Assembly: GCA_039630415.1 (NCBI GenBank)
Contig: JBCNVB010000016.1
Location: forward strand, 1 to 57,924
Direction of reading: 5' to 3'
Length of the DNA: 57,924 nucleotides
From: a bacterium
GTDB taxonomy: Bacteria; DRYD01
Shown: piece after piece, positions 30,108 through 40,073 of the stretch
How the letters are laid out: each line of letters starts with the position of its first letter
How positions within the stretch are numbered: the first letter of the stretch is position 1
Notes under the pieces: model-generated
Databases searched by the model: none
What the model was told of the DNA's origin: nothing
Seen by the model: only the letters and a program-made list of their open reading frames with translations
Program-made: the position numbers and the translations under genes

Positions 30108-30797
30108 GTGTCAGAAGCAAAAATACTGATAGTAGATGATGAAAAGAATATAGTTGAACTTATCAAATTTCATCTAAAAAAGGAAAGCTATAAAATAATA
30201 GAGGCATACAAGGGGAGAGATGCAATAGAATTATACAGAAAGGAAAAACCGGATTTGATAATTCTTGATTTGATGCTACCAGATATGGGAGGATTTGAAG
30301 TATGTAAGGCAATAAGAAAGGAAAGTAAAGTACCAATTATAATGCTTACTGCTAAGGGAGAAGAGGTAGATAAAATACTGGGATTTGAACTTGGAGCGGA
30401 TGATTATTTAACAAAGCCGTTTAGTCCCCGTGAGCTAATAGCAAGGATAAAAGCTATTCTTAAAAGATCACGCATGAATCCTAGTGAAGTAAATGAGGTA
30501 TCAATAGGACCATTCAGAATAAATACAACGACTAGAGAAATATATAAGGATCAAAAATTGCTAGAACTTAAGCCTAAGGAGTTTGATTTACTTAAACTAT
30601 TCCTTACTAATCCTGGTAGAGTATTTTCAAGGCAGTATTTACTAGAGCAAATATGGGGATATGATTATTTGGGTGATACTAGAACGGTAGATGTGCACAT
30701 AAGAAGGCTTAGACAAAAAGTTGAAGACAACCCAGATAATCCGATATATATCAGAACTGTCCACGGAGTAGGATATAAATTCGTAATAGAGGAATAA
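30108..30797 (+). CDS. OmpR/PhoB family response regulator (PhoP/WalR-like)
   Basis: Intact REC domain (DDE, LDLMLP, TAK, KPF) plus a winged helix RTVDVHIRRLRQK...TVHGVGY. Confidence 0.95.
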   Translation: MSEAKILIVDDEKNIVELIKFHLKKESYKIIEAYKGRDAIELYRKEKPDLIILDLMLPDMGGFEVCKAIRKESKVPIIMLTAKGEEVDKILGFELGADDYLTKPFSPRELIARIKAILKRSRMNPSEVNEVSIGPFRINTTTREIYKDQKLLELKPKEFDLLKLFLTNPGRVFSRQYLLEQIWGYDYLGDTRTVDVHIRRLRQKVEDNPDNPIYIRTVHGVGYKFVIEE

Positions 30798-30825
30798 AAA
30801 GATCTATATTTGTAAAATTCTTTGT

Positions 30826-32001
30826 ATGAAAGAATCCGAAAAACGTGATAAAAATATTCTTAAAAATTTCTTGAAGTTAGTAGATACACCATTACTTCTT
30901 GTAGATAAAAAACAAAACATACTATCTACAAATGAAAACTTTCTCAAACTGCTTGAAACTACTAATATTTCGAAAAATAACGATCTAAGTCTAAGAATAA
31001 AAAGTTTCATTGAAAATCCTGAAAAATTTGTTAATGTCATAGGTAGTCAAGACAAGGGGAAATACATAAGATCTTTAACAAATAACCCTAAAATACTTAA
31101 TTTGCTTGATATTATTGAACAATTTGATTACAAATTAACTCATATAACATCAATAACTACAAATATAGGTTTTGATCAAGAATTTCTATCACATATTCTG
31201 ATTGTAAGGTTATTTCATTCAAAATCCAGCAAATCAAATGAGTATTTTTTGATAATATTTGATATAGATTTAACTAGTAGCATATTGTATAAATCTGTTT
31301 CAGTGGAACAAGATAGTCATTACATTGAAACTAGCAAAAAGTATACGGTATTAATTCAGGTGATGAACATGGTTTTGTCAGTTGTCAAAGGATTTACAGA
31401 AACTATTCTGCTTGGTAATTATCATGATATAAACTTAGTTCGTAATCTTATAAAAATTATGGATGATGAAGTTTCTAAGGGATTAAAAATTATGCTCAGT
31501 TTTAACTTATCTGATAATATAGGACCTATAAACTTTCAGAATATCAATACCACAGAGTTTTTAAAAAAGATTGTTGATAGGTATACTGAGAAAATTCTTA
31601 CTGAATATCCGAATGTAGAGTTTAGTTTTTATATTCAACCAAACATACCTAATCTTTACACTGATCCATCTAAACTTGAGTTGTGTTTGCATAATATTTT
31701 GGATAATGCTTTAAGATTTAGGGATGATAAAAAGGAGAGAAATAAAATAAAGTTTGAAGCTTTTTTTGATTCTTCGAAATCGATCATAAATATTATAATC
31801 GAAGACAATGGAATAGGTATGAATCAGGAACAGGTAAGTCAAATAGGTCAAATATTCAGAACCTTTTCTTCAAAGTCTGGTGTAGGGCTTGGTATGTATA
31901 CAACTTACAAGATTTGTAGAACGATGGGATGGAATATCCAAATTCAAAGCTCAGAGAATCAATACACCAAAGTAATACTTCAAGTACCCCATGCTTCTTA
32001 G
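30826..32001 (+). CDS. Histidine-kinase-like protein lacking the phospho-accepting His
   Basis: PAS-like N-terminus; HATPase boxes NILDNALRF, EDNGIGM and GVGLG; the H-box aligns as LIQVMNMVLSVVKGF. Confidence 0.75.
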   Translation: MKESEKRDKNILKNFLKLVDTPLLLVDKKQNILSTNENFLKLLETTNISKNNDLSLRIKSFIENPEKFVNVIGSQDKGKYIRSLTNNPKILNLLDIIEQFDYKLTHITSITTNIGFDQEFLSHILIVRLFHSKSSKSNEYFLIIFDIDLTSSILYKSVSVEQDSHYIETSKKYTVLIQVMNMVLSVVKGFTETILLGNYHDINLVRNLIKIMDDEVSKGLKIMLSFNLSDNIGPINFQNINTTEFLKKIVDRYTEKILTEYPNVEFSFYIQPNIPNLYTDPSKLELCLHNILDNALRFRDDKKERNKIKFEAFFDSSKSIINIIIEDNGIGMNQEQVSQIGQIFRTFSSKSGVGLGMYTTYKICRTMGWNIQIQSSENQYTKVILQVPHAS

Positions 32002-32004
32002 AAT

Positions 32005-32982
32005 ATGCAGTTTGATCAAAACATAAAAAAGGTATGTTTAGTAGGATACTATGGTTTTGGAAATATTGGTGACGATATTATATTGATATCAGCTGTTAAC
32101 AAGTACGCTAATTTTTTGGGTCTTGATACACGGATATTGGTTAACGGGAATGACTACGTTGAGAAAATGTTAAAAATTTTTGGGCTTGATAATAAGGTAA
32201 TATTGTATGATAGATGGAATTTATCTCAAATAAGTGAGGCGGTGTATTATTCTGATGCAACTATCTTTGCTGGTGGAGGGATATTTCAAGATAAAACCTC
32301 CCTTAAAAGTTTTATATACTACTTCTATATAGCACTTATTTCGAAACTCATGAAAAAGAAAATTATAATAGAGAGAAATAGTATTGGAGATTTTAATACT
32401 AAGATAGCGAAGTTTCTTTTTAAGTATGTACTTAGTTGGGCTGAAAGTGTTAGTGTTAGAGATAGCTTATCACTGGATTTCCTTCAAAAAAATTATCCAA
32501 CTCTATCAAGTAAGTTCAAACTAGAAGAAGATTTTGCACTTTCTGAATTTGCTCAAATTATAAGGGATTTTTCTGAACAAATTGTCAAAGATAGTAACCA
32601 ATTTGATATCTTATTTGTGCTAAGAAAATTCGATGAAATTCAAAAGTTAAGTGATTTAATTACTAAAATAAGGGACCAGTATAAAGTTAAAATTATTGTC
32701 TTTCAAGAAAATGATCTCTATGATTTAAAGGAATATTTTCAAGATGCTGAGTATCTTGGTGAGGGTAAGGTTTTGGAAATCATAAAGTTAATAGAAAGCT
32801 CAAAACTGGTAATATCTAATAGGTTACATGGAATTGTACTTAGTAACTTGTTAGGTGTGAAATGTATAGGTATAAACATTGATTCTAAGATACGGGGATT
32901 TTGTTTAGATAAGAATATAGAGTGTTTAGATTGCAAAGATTTAGATAATCTAGCTTTATTGATTAAGAAAGTCCTTTCCTAG
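32005..32982 (+). CDS. csaB: Polysaccharide pyruvyl transferase, CsaB-like
   Basis: GYYGFGNIGDD, GGGIFQDKTS..S..YY, SVRD..S and RLHG. Confidence 0.85.
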   Translation: MQFDQNIKKVCLVGYYGFGNIGDDIILISAVNKYANFLGLDTRILVNGNDYVEKMLKIFGLDNKVILYDRWNLSQISEAVYYSDATIFAGGGIFQDKTSLKSFIYYFYIALISKLMKKKIIIERNSIGDFNTKIAKFLFKYVLSWAESVSVRDSLSLDFLQKNYPTLSSKFKLEEDFALSEFAQIIRDFSEQIVKDSNQFDILFVLRKFDEIQKLSDLITKIRDQYKVKIIVFQENDLYDLKEYFQDAEYLGEGKVLEIIKLIESSKLVISNRLHGIVLSNLLGVKCIGINIDSKIRGFCLDKNIECLDCKDLDNLALLIKKVLS

Positions 32983-35023
32983 TTAGGGTAAATCTTCCGT
33001 TTTCATCTATTCTGAGTATTTTTACTACTATTTCTTCATCTATTTTGAAAACTTTTCTAGCATCTGGGATGAATCCCATATCTGCTTCTGATACATGCAA
33101 TAATCCTATTTTTCCTTCAGCTATTTTGACAAATACTCCGTATGGTTCTACCCTGACTATTTTCCCTAGATAAATTTTTCCTTCTTGGATATTGGTAATA
33201 TTTTCGATTATCTCTTTTGCTTTTTGTCCATCTTCGAGGTTTGAGGAGTAAATAATTACTTTTCCGTCTTCTTCTATGTCTATTTTTACGTTTGTTTGTT
33301 CTATAATTTTTTTAATAATTTTGCCTTGTGGGCCTATAATTTCCGGTATTTTTGAGGGTTCTATTTGGACGATAAGTACTCTAGGTGCTCGTGGTGATAA
33401 TTGATTAGGTTTACTTATTTTGGAGTTCATAATTTGGATTATGTTTTCTCTTGCTTCTTTGGCTTGGAATAGTGAGTTGTAGACTATATCGAAGGATAGT
33501 CCTTCTAATTTTGTATCCATTTGTATACCTGTTATTCCATTGGTTGTACCTGCTATTTTGAAGTCCATCTCTCCGAAGAAATCTTCAAAGCCTTGTATGT
33601 CTGTAAGAAGGATGTATTCGTTATCTTTGGTTAGTAGTCCTATCGAGATACCTGCTGCGTGGTAGGGTATTGGTACGCCTGCATCCATTAGAGCTAAACT
33701 ACTTGCACATACTGAAGCCATTGAGGTAGATCCATTTGATTCTAGAACTTCTGATACAACTCTTATGGTATAGGGGAAAGTTTGTTCTGGAGGTATCAGG
33801 GGTTCTATAGCTTTTTCTGCTAGGTAACCGTGTCCTATTTCTCTTCTTGAGGGTGGACCTATTCTTTTTGCTTCTCCTACACAGAATGGAGGAAAGTAAT
33901 AGTGATGCATAAATCTTTTTGCTTCTTCTTCGAATGTTAATCCTTCTATTATTTGTTGATCTGTTTTTGTGCCTAGTGTTACGACGGATAGAACTTGTGT
34001 TTGTCCTCTTGTGAAAATAGCGCTGCCGTGGGGGTATGGTAGAATACCTATTTCTATTTCTATTGGTCTTATTTCCCTTAGATCTCTACCATCTATCCTT
34101 TTCTTTTGATTGAAAACTTGTTCTTTTAGGAAATGTTTAAGGTACTTTTTCTTGATTAGATTGAACTGAAAATCTGAGCATTCCTCAAGTAAGTTCAATG
34201 TTTGATTGTCTTGAATATTTTGTTCATGATTGTTTTGGGCTATTTTTTGTTTGAGATTGTCTAGAGATATTTGTTCAAGATAAATATTTCTTAATTTTTT
34301 ATCTTTTTCGTTTAGGACTTTTACGGTTAATTCTGAAAAGTATTTAAGATACAATTCTTCTAGTATGGGTGGTATTTGTGTTGTAGTGGTTGGTAGTTTT
34401 TCAGGTTTGATGTCGTTTATTATTTTTTCCTGAATTTCGTTTAGTTTTTGATTAATTTTGAATGCATTTTGGATTGCTACGAATAGTTCTTCTTCTTTTA
34501 CTTCTTTTCCTTTGAATTCTATCATTGTGATTTTTTCATTAGTTGAAGCGAGGATTAGTTCTAGTTTTTCAGTTTTGAAAAGGTTAGCGCTTACTACTTG
34601 GGTGATTGGTATTGGGCTGAGATTGAGTGCCAATGAGGAGGCTATTAGTCCCAGAGTTTCTGGGTTTTCATTTATATCTGCGGAGAATACTTGTACGTAT
34701 AGATTTATGTCATTATAAAAGTCTTTAATTAGTGGCCTTATGGTTCTGTCTATTATTCTTGCTTTGATTATTTCGGAGTCTGTGGGTTTACCTTCTTTTT
34801 TTATGAAGCCGCCTGGTATTTTACCGACTGCGTACATTCGTTCTATGTAGTCAACTGTTAGGGGTGTGAAATCTATATCGTTTCTAGGTTTTTCTTCGAA
34901 GGTTACAGTTGCGAGTATCCAGCATGTCCCACTTTTTACCACTACACTACTAGCGGCTTGTTTTGCAAGAGTATTTATTTCAAAGTGAATAGTTTTATTT
35001 TCTATTTCGAAGGAGTATTTCAT
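32963..35023 (-). CDS. pnp: Polyribonucleotide nucleotidyltransferase
   Basis: GKIPGGFIK.EG, RIDGR, HGSAIFTRGQTQ, RREIGHG, ESNGSTSMAS and MDFKIAGT, then KH and S1 domains. Start 35023 follows AAGGAG and overlaps the upstream stop (ATGA). Confidence 0.96.
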   Translation of the reverse strand: MKYSFEIENKTIHFEINTLAKQAASSVVVKSGTCWILATVTFEEKPRNDIDFTPLTVDYIERMYAVGKIPGGFIKKEGKPTDSEIIKARIIDRTIRPLIKDFYNDINLYVQVFSADINENPETLGLIASSLALNLSPIPITQVVSANLFKTEKLELILASTNEKITMIEFKGKEVKEEELFVAIQNAFKINQKLNEIQEKIINDIKPEKLPTTTTQIPPILEELYLKYFSELTVKVLNEKDKKLRNIYLEQISLDNLKQKIAQNNHEQNIQDNQTLNLLEECSDFQFNLIKKKYLKHFLKEQVFNQKKRIDGRDLREIRPIEIEIGILPYPHGSAIFTRGQTQVLSVVTLGTKTDQQIIEGLTFEEEAKRFMHHYYFPPFCVGEAKRIGPPSRREIGHGYLAEKAIEPLIPPEQTFPYTIRVVSEVLESNGSTSMASVCASSLALMDAGVPIPYHAAGISIGLLTKDNEYILLTDIQGFEDFFGEMDFKIAGTTNGITGIQMDTKLEGLSFDIVYNSLFQAKEARENIIQIMNSKISKPNQLSPRAPRVLIVQIEPSKIPEIIGPQGKIIKKIIEQTNVKIDIEEDGKVIIYSSNLEDGQKAKEIIENITNIQEGKIYLGKIVRVEPYGVFVKIAEGKIGLLHVSEADMGFIPDARKVFKIDEEIVVKILRIDENGRFTLTRKGLS

Positions 35024-35598
35024 GGTATACTCACTCCTTGTGTTAGTTTCCATAGTCCTTTTTGATTAGTTTGTGCTTCTTTTTGAGCTTGTATAAATTT
35101 TTCTTGGTATTTGACGTTTGGTGGGATAGTATATACTTTGGCGTAGCCTTCTTTAACGAGTATGTAGTTTAGCATTTGACCATTTTCGAGATATACATAA
35201 GCTAGAATTCTTCCGTATTTATCGTGTTTTTGTATATCGTATTCTAAATAGACTATAGGTGTTATTACATTTTTTGTGAATTGCTTACTTTTTAAGCCCA
35301 TTTGAATTATTTGTTGTTCTGAAAGTTGTGTCCTTTGAGAATCTCTAGTTAACTTTTTATTTTCTGTACTTTCTGGGGTATCTATTCCTATTAGTCTAAC
35401 TGTCTGGATTTGATTATTTATTTTGACCTTTATAGTATCTCCATCGATTACTTGTACTACTGTTGCTTTATCTAGGTTGAGTTTGTTTTCGTTTGGTTTA
35501 TCTTTTGGAGCATATTTTTGTAGATAAAAAGCTATGGGTAGTATGAGTATTATCAGTAGTAGGTTAAAGAGTCTGGAGATATAATTAACTTTTTTCAT
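35020..35598 (-). CDS. Thermonuclease (SNase) family protein with N-terminal membrane anchor
   Basis: VIDGDTI, VRLIGIDTPE, DKYGRILAYVY and GLW. Confidence 0.93.
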   Translation of the reverse strand: MKKVNYISRLFNLLLIILILPIAFYLQKYAPKDKPNENKLNLDKATVVQVIDGDTIKVKINNQIQTVRLIGIDTPESTENKKLTRDSQRTQLSEQQIIQMGLKSKQFTKNVITPIVYLEYDIQKHDKYGRILAYVYLENGQMLNYILVKEGYAKVYTIPPNVKYQEKFIQAQKEAQTNQKGLWKLTQGVSIP

Positions 35599-35605
35599 TT
35601 AAGGT

Positions 35606-37207
35606 TTATATTATTCTTCTGAGGTTTTCAAAATCTTGGTTTTCAAGAAGGATGTTGTATATTATTTCTATTTCGTTAGGGTCTAATTTGTGTATATTAT
35701 CTTTGTACCATTCGAGTGATTGTAGTAGGAGTTTGTATGTTTCTGCTTTATTTTGATTTGATGTGTAAAGTGTTATTATGTATTTGTGTGATATTTCATG
35801 GTCATCTGGATATTTTGAAATGTATTCCCTTATTAGATTTATTTTTTGGTTGGGGTTAGTTATGGTATTTATTTTTTCTATTAGTTGTTCTTTTTCGATG
35901 GTTTGGATTTTTTGTAATGGTATTAGTGTTTGAAATTTTTCTATTAGGAAGGTATATTCTTGTTGTTTCCCTTGATCTTTGAGTTCTTGCATTTTTTGGG
36001 TTATATATTCTGCTATTTCTTGTTCACTTACTTGGTTTGCTATAAGTGATTCTACATACATTGAGATGTATTCTGGATTATTAGGATTTATTGAAAGTAG
36101 ATTTTTAGCTACAATTATCATTTTATCGTTTAATCTTTTTTCTATGCATATTTGGTAAGCTGTTACTAGGGTTGTTTCTTGTTTTGAGGTTAGAGATAGT
36201 GTACCTAGCCAGTTTGCGAATTCTAAATATAAGTTAACGTTGTAAGGATCTATACTTATTCTTTTTTCAAAGGTTTTTATTATTATATCTTCGAATTCAT
36301 TTATGCTATCTGGAAAAGCTTCTAGGATATTGTTTTTTTTGATTATTTCTATTATTTCTATGTAGCTATTTAGTTGTAGGAGGATATTGAAACTTTCGAG
36401 TAGGTATTTTTTAGCTTGTTGTTTTTCTCCTAATTTAAGTAGGATATTAGAGATTTTTACGTAATCTTGAGCCAGTTGTATTTTTTTGGTTTGATCTGTT
36501 TTGAGTTTTTCTATTTTTTTGTAGTATAGTCTTAATAGATCTCTGTATAGTCCTAGTTCAGTGTATATGTTTTCGCAATCTTCGTACCAGCTTATACTTT
36601 GTAATAGTTCACTTATATCTCCCACTAACTCTTGGGCTATTGCTTTTTCTAGATTATTAGGCGAAGTTTTTATTACTTCTATTAAGCTTACTTTATATAT
36701 TGTTGATGATGTTTTTGTTTTAGCTAATGCCAATAGTAGATTGACTTTAGGGTTGTCTGGATAACTTTTTTGAGCTTTTAGAAGTGTATTTTCCATGGCT
36801 TTGGTGTTTCCACCTAGGAATGAAGCTATTGCTGAATATATTGAACTATATAAAAAGTACTCTTGTGGATATTCTTTTTCAATTGAGGTTTTTACTTTAG
36901 ATATCTTTGAAGTTATTTCAGTTATCATTGATTTAGCTTTTTCTTTATAATATTCTTCAAATTCTGTTATTTGTATGAAAGCTAGTTCACTTAGTAAATG
37001 TATTATTGCCAGATGAATAAGGCTATTTTGGGTTTGGAATAACAAATTCAATATATTTTCTAGGATATTTTTAAATACTTCATCATCGAAATATGTACGA
37101 TAGAATAGTGCTAGGTCTCTAACTCCTACTTCATATAGGTATCCTATATCTTCATCTTCTAGCTTTGTTTGGAGTAGATTTATTCTGTTAATCCAAAATT
37201 CATCCAT
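35606..37207 (-). CDS. TPR-like alpha-helical hypothetical protein
   Basis: Repeated helix-turn motifs (YPDNP, IDPYN, INPNNPEY, YPDD). Confidence 0.65.
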   Translation of the reverse strand: MDEFWINRINLLQTKLEDEDIGYLYEVGVRDLALFYRTYFDDEVFKNILENILNLLFQTQNSLIHLAIIHLLSELAFIQITEFEEYYKEKAKSMITEITSKISKVKTSIEKEYPQEYFLYSSIYSAIASFLGGNTKAMENTLLKAQKSYPDNPKVNLLLALAKTKTSSTIYKVSLIEVIKTSPNNLEKAIAQELVGDISELLQSISWYEDCENIYTELGLYRDLLRLYYKKIEKLKTDQTKKIQLAQDYVKISNILLKLGEKQQAKKYLLESFNILLQLNSYIEIIEIIKKNNILEAFPDSINEFEDIIIKTFEKRISIDPYNVNLYLEFANWLGTLSLTSKQETTLVTAYQICIEKRLNDKMIIVAKNLLSINPNNPEYISMYVESLIANQVSEQEIAEYITQKMQELKDQGKQQEYTFLIEKFQTLIPLQKIQTIEKEQLIEKINTITNPNQKINLIREYISKYPDDHEISHKYIITLYTSNQNKAETYKLLLQSLEWYKDNIHKLDPNEIEIIYNILLENQDFENLRRII

Positions 37208-40022
37208 ATTTTATAAGCTTGTAGAAATCGAGTAGTTCTTTTTCTTTGATTTCATCTATTATCAATTCTAGTTTTTGTATTATCTTTTTAGATTCTTCTG
37301 GATCGTATTTTTTCTTATACCATGCTTGAATTAGAGTTAGCATAAATTGTTCATTTGGATTATCGAATTCTTGCAAACCTTTAGCAATGTAATTTTCTAT
37401 CTCATCTTTTTGATCCTGTATAATAAGTTTAAGAATTTCAATTAGCAATCGTTTAAAGTTATCCTCTGTTTGTTTTATTTTTTCTATACAAGTTATCAGG
37501 ATGTCTTTTATCGAATCTATTTCTGTTAGTATCAGGTAAGGATATTTTGATGCGAAAAAGTAAGATACAGTCCAAAAAGCTTTATTTTTAGTTTTATCCA
37601 GATATATCTCATCATCTTTCCCTCGATTCTCTAGAATTGGATATAAAACTATTTTAGTGTTTACATCTTGAATTTCTTCTAATGTGATATTAAATCTTGA
37701 ACTTGTTGAATTATATAATTCTATCATGAGAGATACGACATCTACTGTTTTTTGTAGTACTTTCTCAATGATACTTATTTTTCTGTCTTGTAATGCTTTA
37801 ATTATTATATTTGCTTTGGTTTTTAAATTTATCCTTTCGATAATTTCTACGTATTCATTGTTATTTATTAAATCTTCTATTATTTGCGTGTTTATGTACT
37901 TTACATTATCTATGTTAGAAATATCTAGAAAGATAAAGGCAAAATCTACATTTTTTTCTTCATTTATTACATCTGCAAATATCTTATCTGTTTGGGATAT
38001 ATTTTCTGGAAATTTTTCGTTCATGATTTGATATATTTTTATAAAGCTATATACGAGATTACTTACAATCGTGTATCTTACTATTTCTTTTAGGGCATAT
38101 TGAAGCTGTTGATAATTCGCTTGTGTTGCAATTTCTTCTAGTAGATAATGGACAGGATCGATATACTGGTTTGTTTTTGTGGGCTCGTTTATGTACTCTA
38201 GCACTTTTTGATATCCCAAAGTCTCTAATAGCGTGATTAATTTTTGTTTTATTTTTTGCAAGTTGTATATACTTGCTATTACCAATATTCTGTGTATCCA
38301 TAGTAACAATCTATACTTATTGTCACTTAGTTGGGCTATATTTTCTATTAGTATTATAGAGTTTTTAATAACATTTTCTAATGAATCAAAATTTGATAGA
38401 ATTTCTGATAAAGTGTTTTCATATATTTCTATCTCTATATTTTTAATTTTTTCGTGATCCAAAGTAGTAGTTTCTTGTTCTACTTCTATGTTTTGTTCTA
38501 TTTCGAGCTCTTTTTCTTGTATTGTGGACTCTATTAATGGTTCTGGTGTTGACTCTGCTGTTAGTTCTGGAGCAATTTTTGTTAGTTTAGGTTTTTCCAA
38601 AGTAGGTCTTTCGAAAATAGGTTTTTCAAAAGTTTCTCTTTCTGATGCACCTTTTTCAAGAATCGGTTTTTGTAAAGTTGGTTTTTGTAGTGTGGGTTTA
38701 TCTTGTAGAGTTTTTTCTTGTCTTTGTAGAGTAGGTTTATCTAGGTTTTTGGATTGTAGATTTTCCTTTTTGAATAGGTTTTCTTTTTTAGCAAATGGGG
38801 ATTGTTTTAACCCTACTGCGCTTTCTTTTATTATTAAGGTATCTTTTTTGGATATTAATGTTTTTTTAGGCATTTCTACGGGAGTTTCTTTTTTGATATA
38901 TACTCCCGTACTTCTTTTTGGAGTTCTTGGTAGAGTTTCTCTTTCTTCTAAGTTACGTTTGAATGTGGTTTCTTGTGATATTGCAAATTTTTCTATATTT
39001 GTTTCTTGTTCGTATATTTCTTTGTCTATGTTTTGTTGTATTAGTTCTTGTTGTAATTCTTGTTCTTTTTGCTTGATTTCATCTAGTATGTATTGGTATT
39101 TTTCTAGAAGTGGACTTTTTATAGTTGATAAAACGTTAAGAGCTTCTTTGAGTTCGTTGGTGTATTCTTCTTTTTGGTAAAGTTCTAGTATGATTTGATC
39201 TAGTATTTTTTCTGCTTCATTTTTAGAGCCCATGTTATAGGATATTACGGCTAATAGAAATTTGTATTTAGGATTTTCAGGCTCTATATCTAGGGCTCTT
39301 TTTATTGCTATGTTTGCTCCTCTGTAATTACCTTTTAAATTATCTATTTCCGCTATTTTATATAAAACTTCTGCATCGTTTTGATTGTATCTAAGCAGGT
39401 TTCTTAGCATTTTTGAGGATAACTCATACTCTTTTTTAACCTTGTATAGTTCTACTAATTGCATTATGTTTTCTTTGTTTGCTGGATCTATAACGCTTAT
39501 TTGTTCTCTTAGTTTTATTTTTTCATCTAAGTTTTGTAGTCTATCGACTGCTTTTAGGTAGAACTCTACCGCTTTATCAATATGTCCTTCAGTTTCGTAT
39601 ACATTTGCAGCTAGAATTATGGTATCTACATCATCTGGTTTGGAATTTATTATTTCGTTTATTATATTTATGGCTTTCCCAAATTTACCAACTGTTGATA
39701 ATACTTTGATATATGTCTTGAGATATATACTTTTTTCTTGTTGATCTATATTAATGTTGTTTACTAATGTTACAAATTTTTCAAAAATATCGTCGTCTTC
39801 AGGGAATATTGATAAACTTTTTTGATACTCTTTTAATTGTTGATCTATTTTATTGTTTATGAATTTGGTTATGTATATTACTAGAGCATCTCTTAGGTCA
39901 GCTAGGTAACCGTATTTGGACAAAAAATCTATGATTTCTTGTATTTTCTGCTCATCTGCAACAGATATTGATTCCTTATATTCTTGTAGTTTATCTTGTA
40001 TTTCTTCTCTACTTTCAAACAT
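37200..40022 (-). CDS. Large tetratricopeptide-repeat protein with central low-complexity linker
   Basis: TPR motifs (KPDDVD..LAA..Y, IDPAN, ALDIEPENPKY) and central KPTLQ/KPxxE repeats. Confidence 0.75.
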   Translation of the reverse strand: MFESREEIQDKLQEYKESISVADEQKIQEIIDFLSKYGYLADLRDALVIYITKFINNKIDQQLKEYQKSLSIFPEDDDIFEKFVTLVNNINIDQQEKSIYLKTYIKVLSTVGKFGKAINIINEIINSKPDDVDTIILAANVYETEGHIDKAVEFYLKAVDRLQNLDEKIKLREQISVIDPANKENIMQLVELYKVKKEYELSSKMLRNLLRYNQNDAEVLYKIAEIDNLKGNYRGANIAIKRALDIEPENPKYKFLLAVISYNMGSKNEAEKILDQIILELYQKEEYTNELKEALNVLSTIKSPLLEKYQYILDEIKQKEQELQQELIQQNIDKEIYEQETNIEKFAISQETTFKRNLEERETLPRTPKRSTGVYIKKETPVEMPKKTLISKKDTLIIKESAVGLKQSPFAKKENLFKKENLQSKNLDKPTLQRQEKTLQDKPTLQKPTLQKPILEKGASERETFEKPIFERPTLEKPKLTKIAPELTAESTPEPLIESTIQEKELEIEQNIEVEQETTTLDHEKIKNIEIEIYENTLSEILSNFDSLENVIKNSIILIENIAQLSDNKYRLLLWIHRILVIASIYNLQKIKQKLITLLETLGYQKVLEYINEPTKTNQYIDPVHYLLEEIATQANYQQLQYALKEIVRYTIVSNLVYSFIKIYQIMNEKFPENISQTDKIFADVINEEKNVDFAFIFLDISNIDNVKYINTQIIEDLINNNEYVEIIERINLKTKANIIIKALQDRKISIIEKVLQKTVDVVSLMIELYNSTSSRFNITLEEIQDVNTKIVLYPILENRGKDDEIYLDKTKNKAFWTVSYFFASKYPYLILTEIDSIKDILITCIEKIKQTEDNFKRLLIEILKLIIQDQKDEIENYIAKGLQEFDNPNEQFMLTLIQAWYKKKYDPEESKKIIQKLELIIDEIKEKELLDFYKLIKYG
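38578..38745 (-). repeat. Degenerate 15-bp pentapeptide repeat (KPTLQ, KPILE, KPIFE, RPTLE)
   Basis: Translation DKPTLQRQEKTLQDKPTLQKPTLQKPILEKG...EKPIFERPTLEKPKL. Confidence 0.8.
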
Positions 40023-40073
40023 AAATTATTCTTTTATCCCTTAATTTATATTCAACAGTTTGAAGATTTTTCC

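Noticed and set aside
38488-39180. 230-aa + strand ORF and the other short antisense ORFs in the track (e.g. 7701-8255, 28604-29071, 43500-43970, 52114-52497, 57514-57831)
   Set aside because: They lie opposite well-supported genes, show mirror-image composition and carry no motifs.
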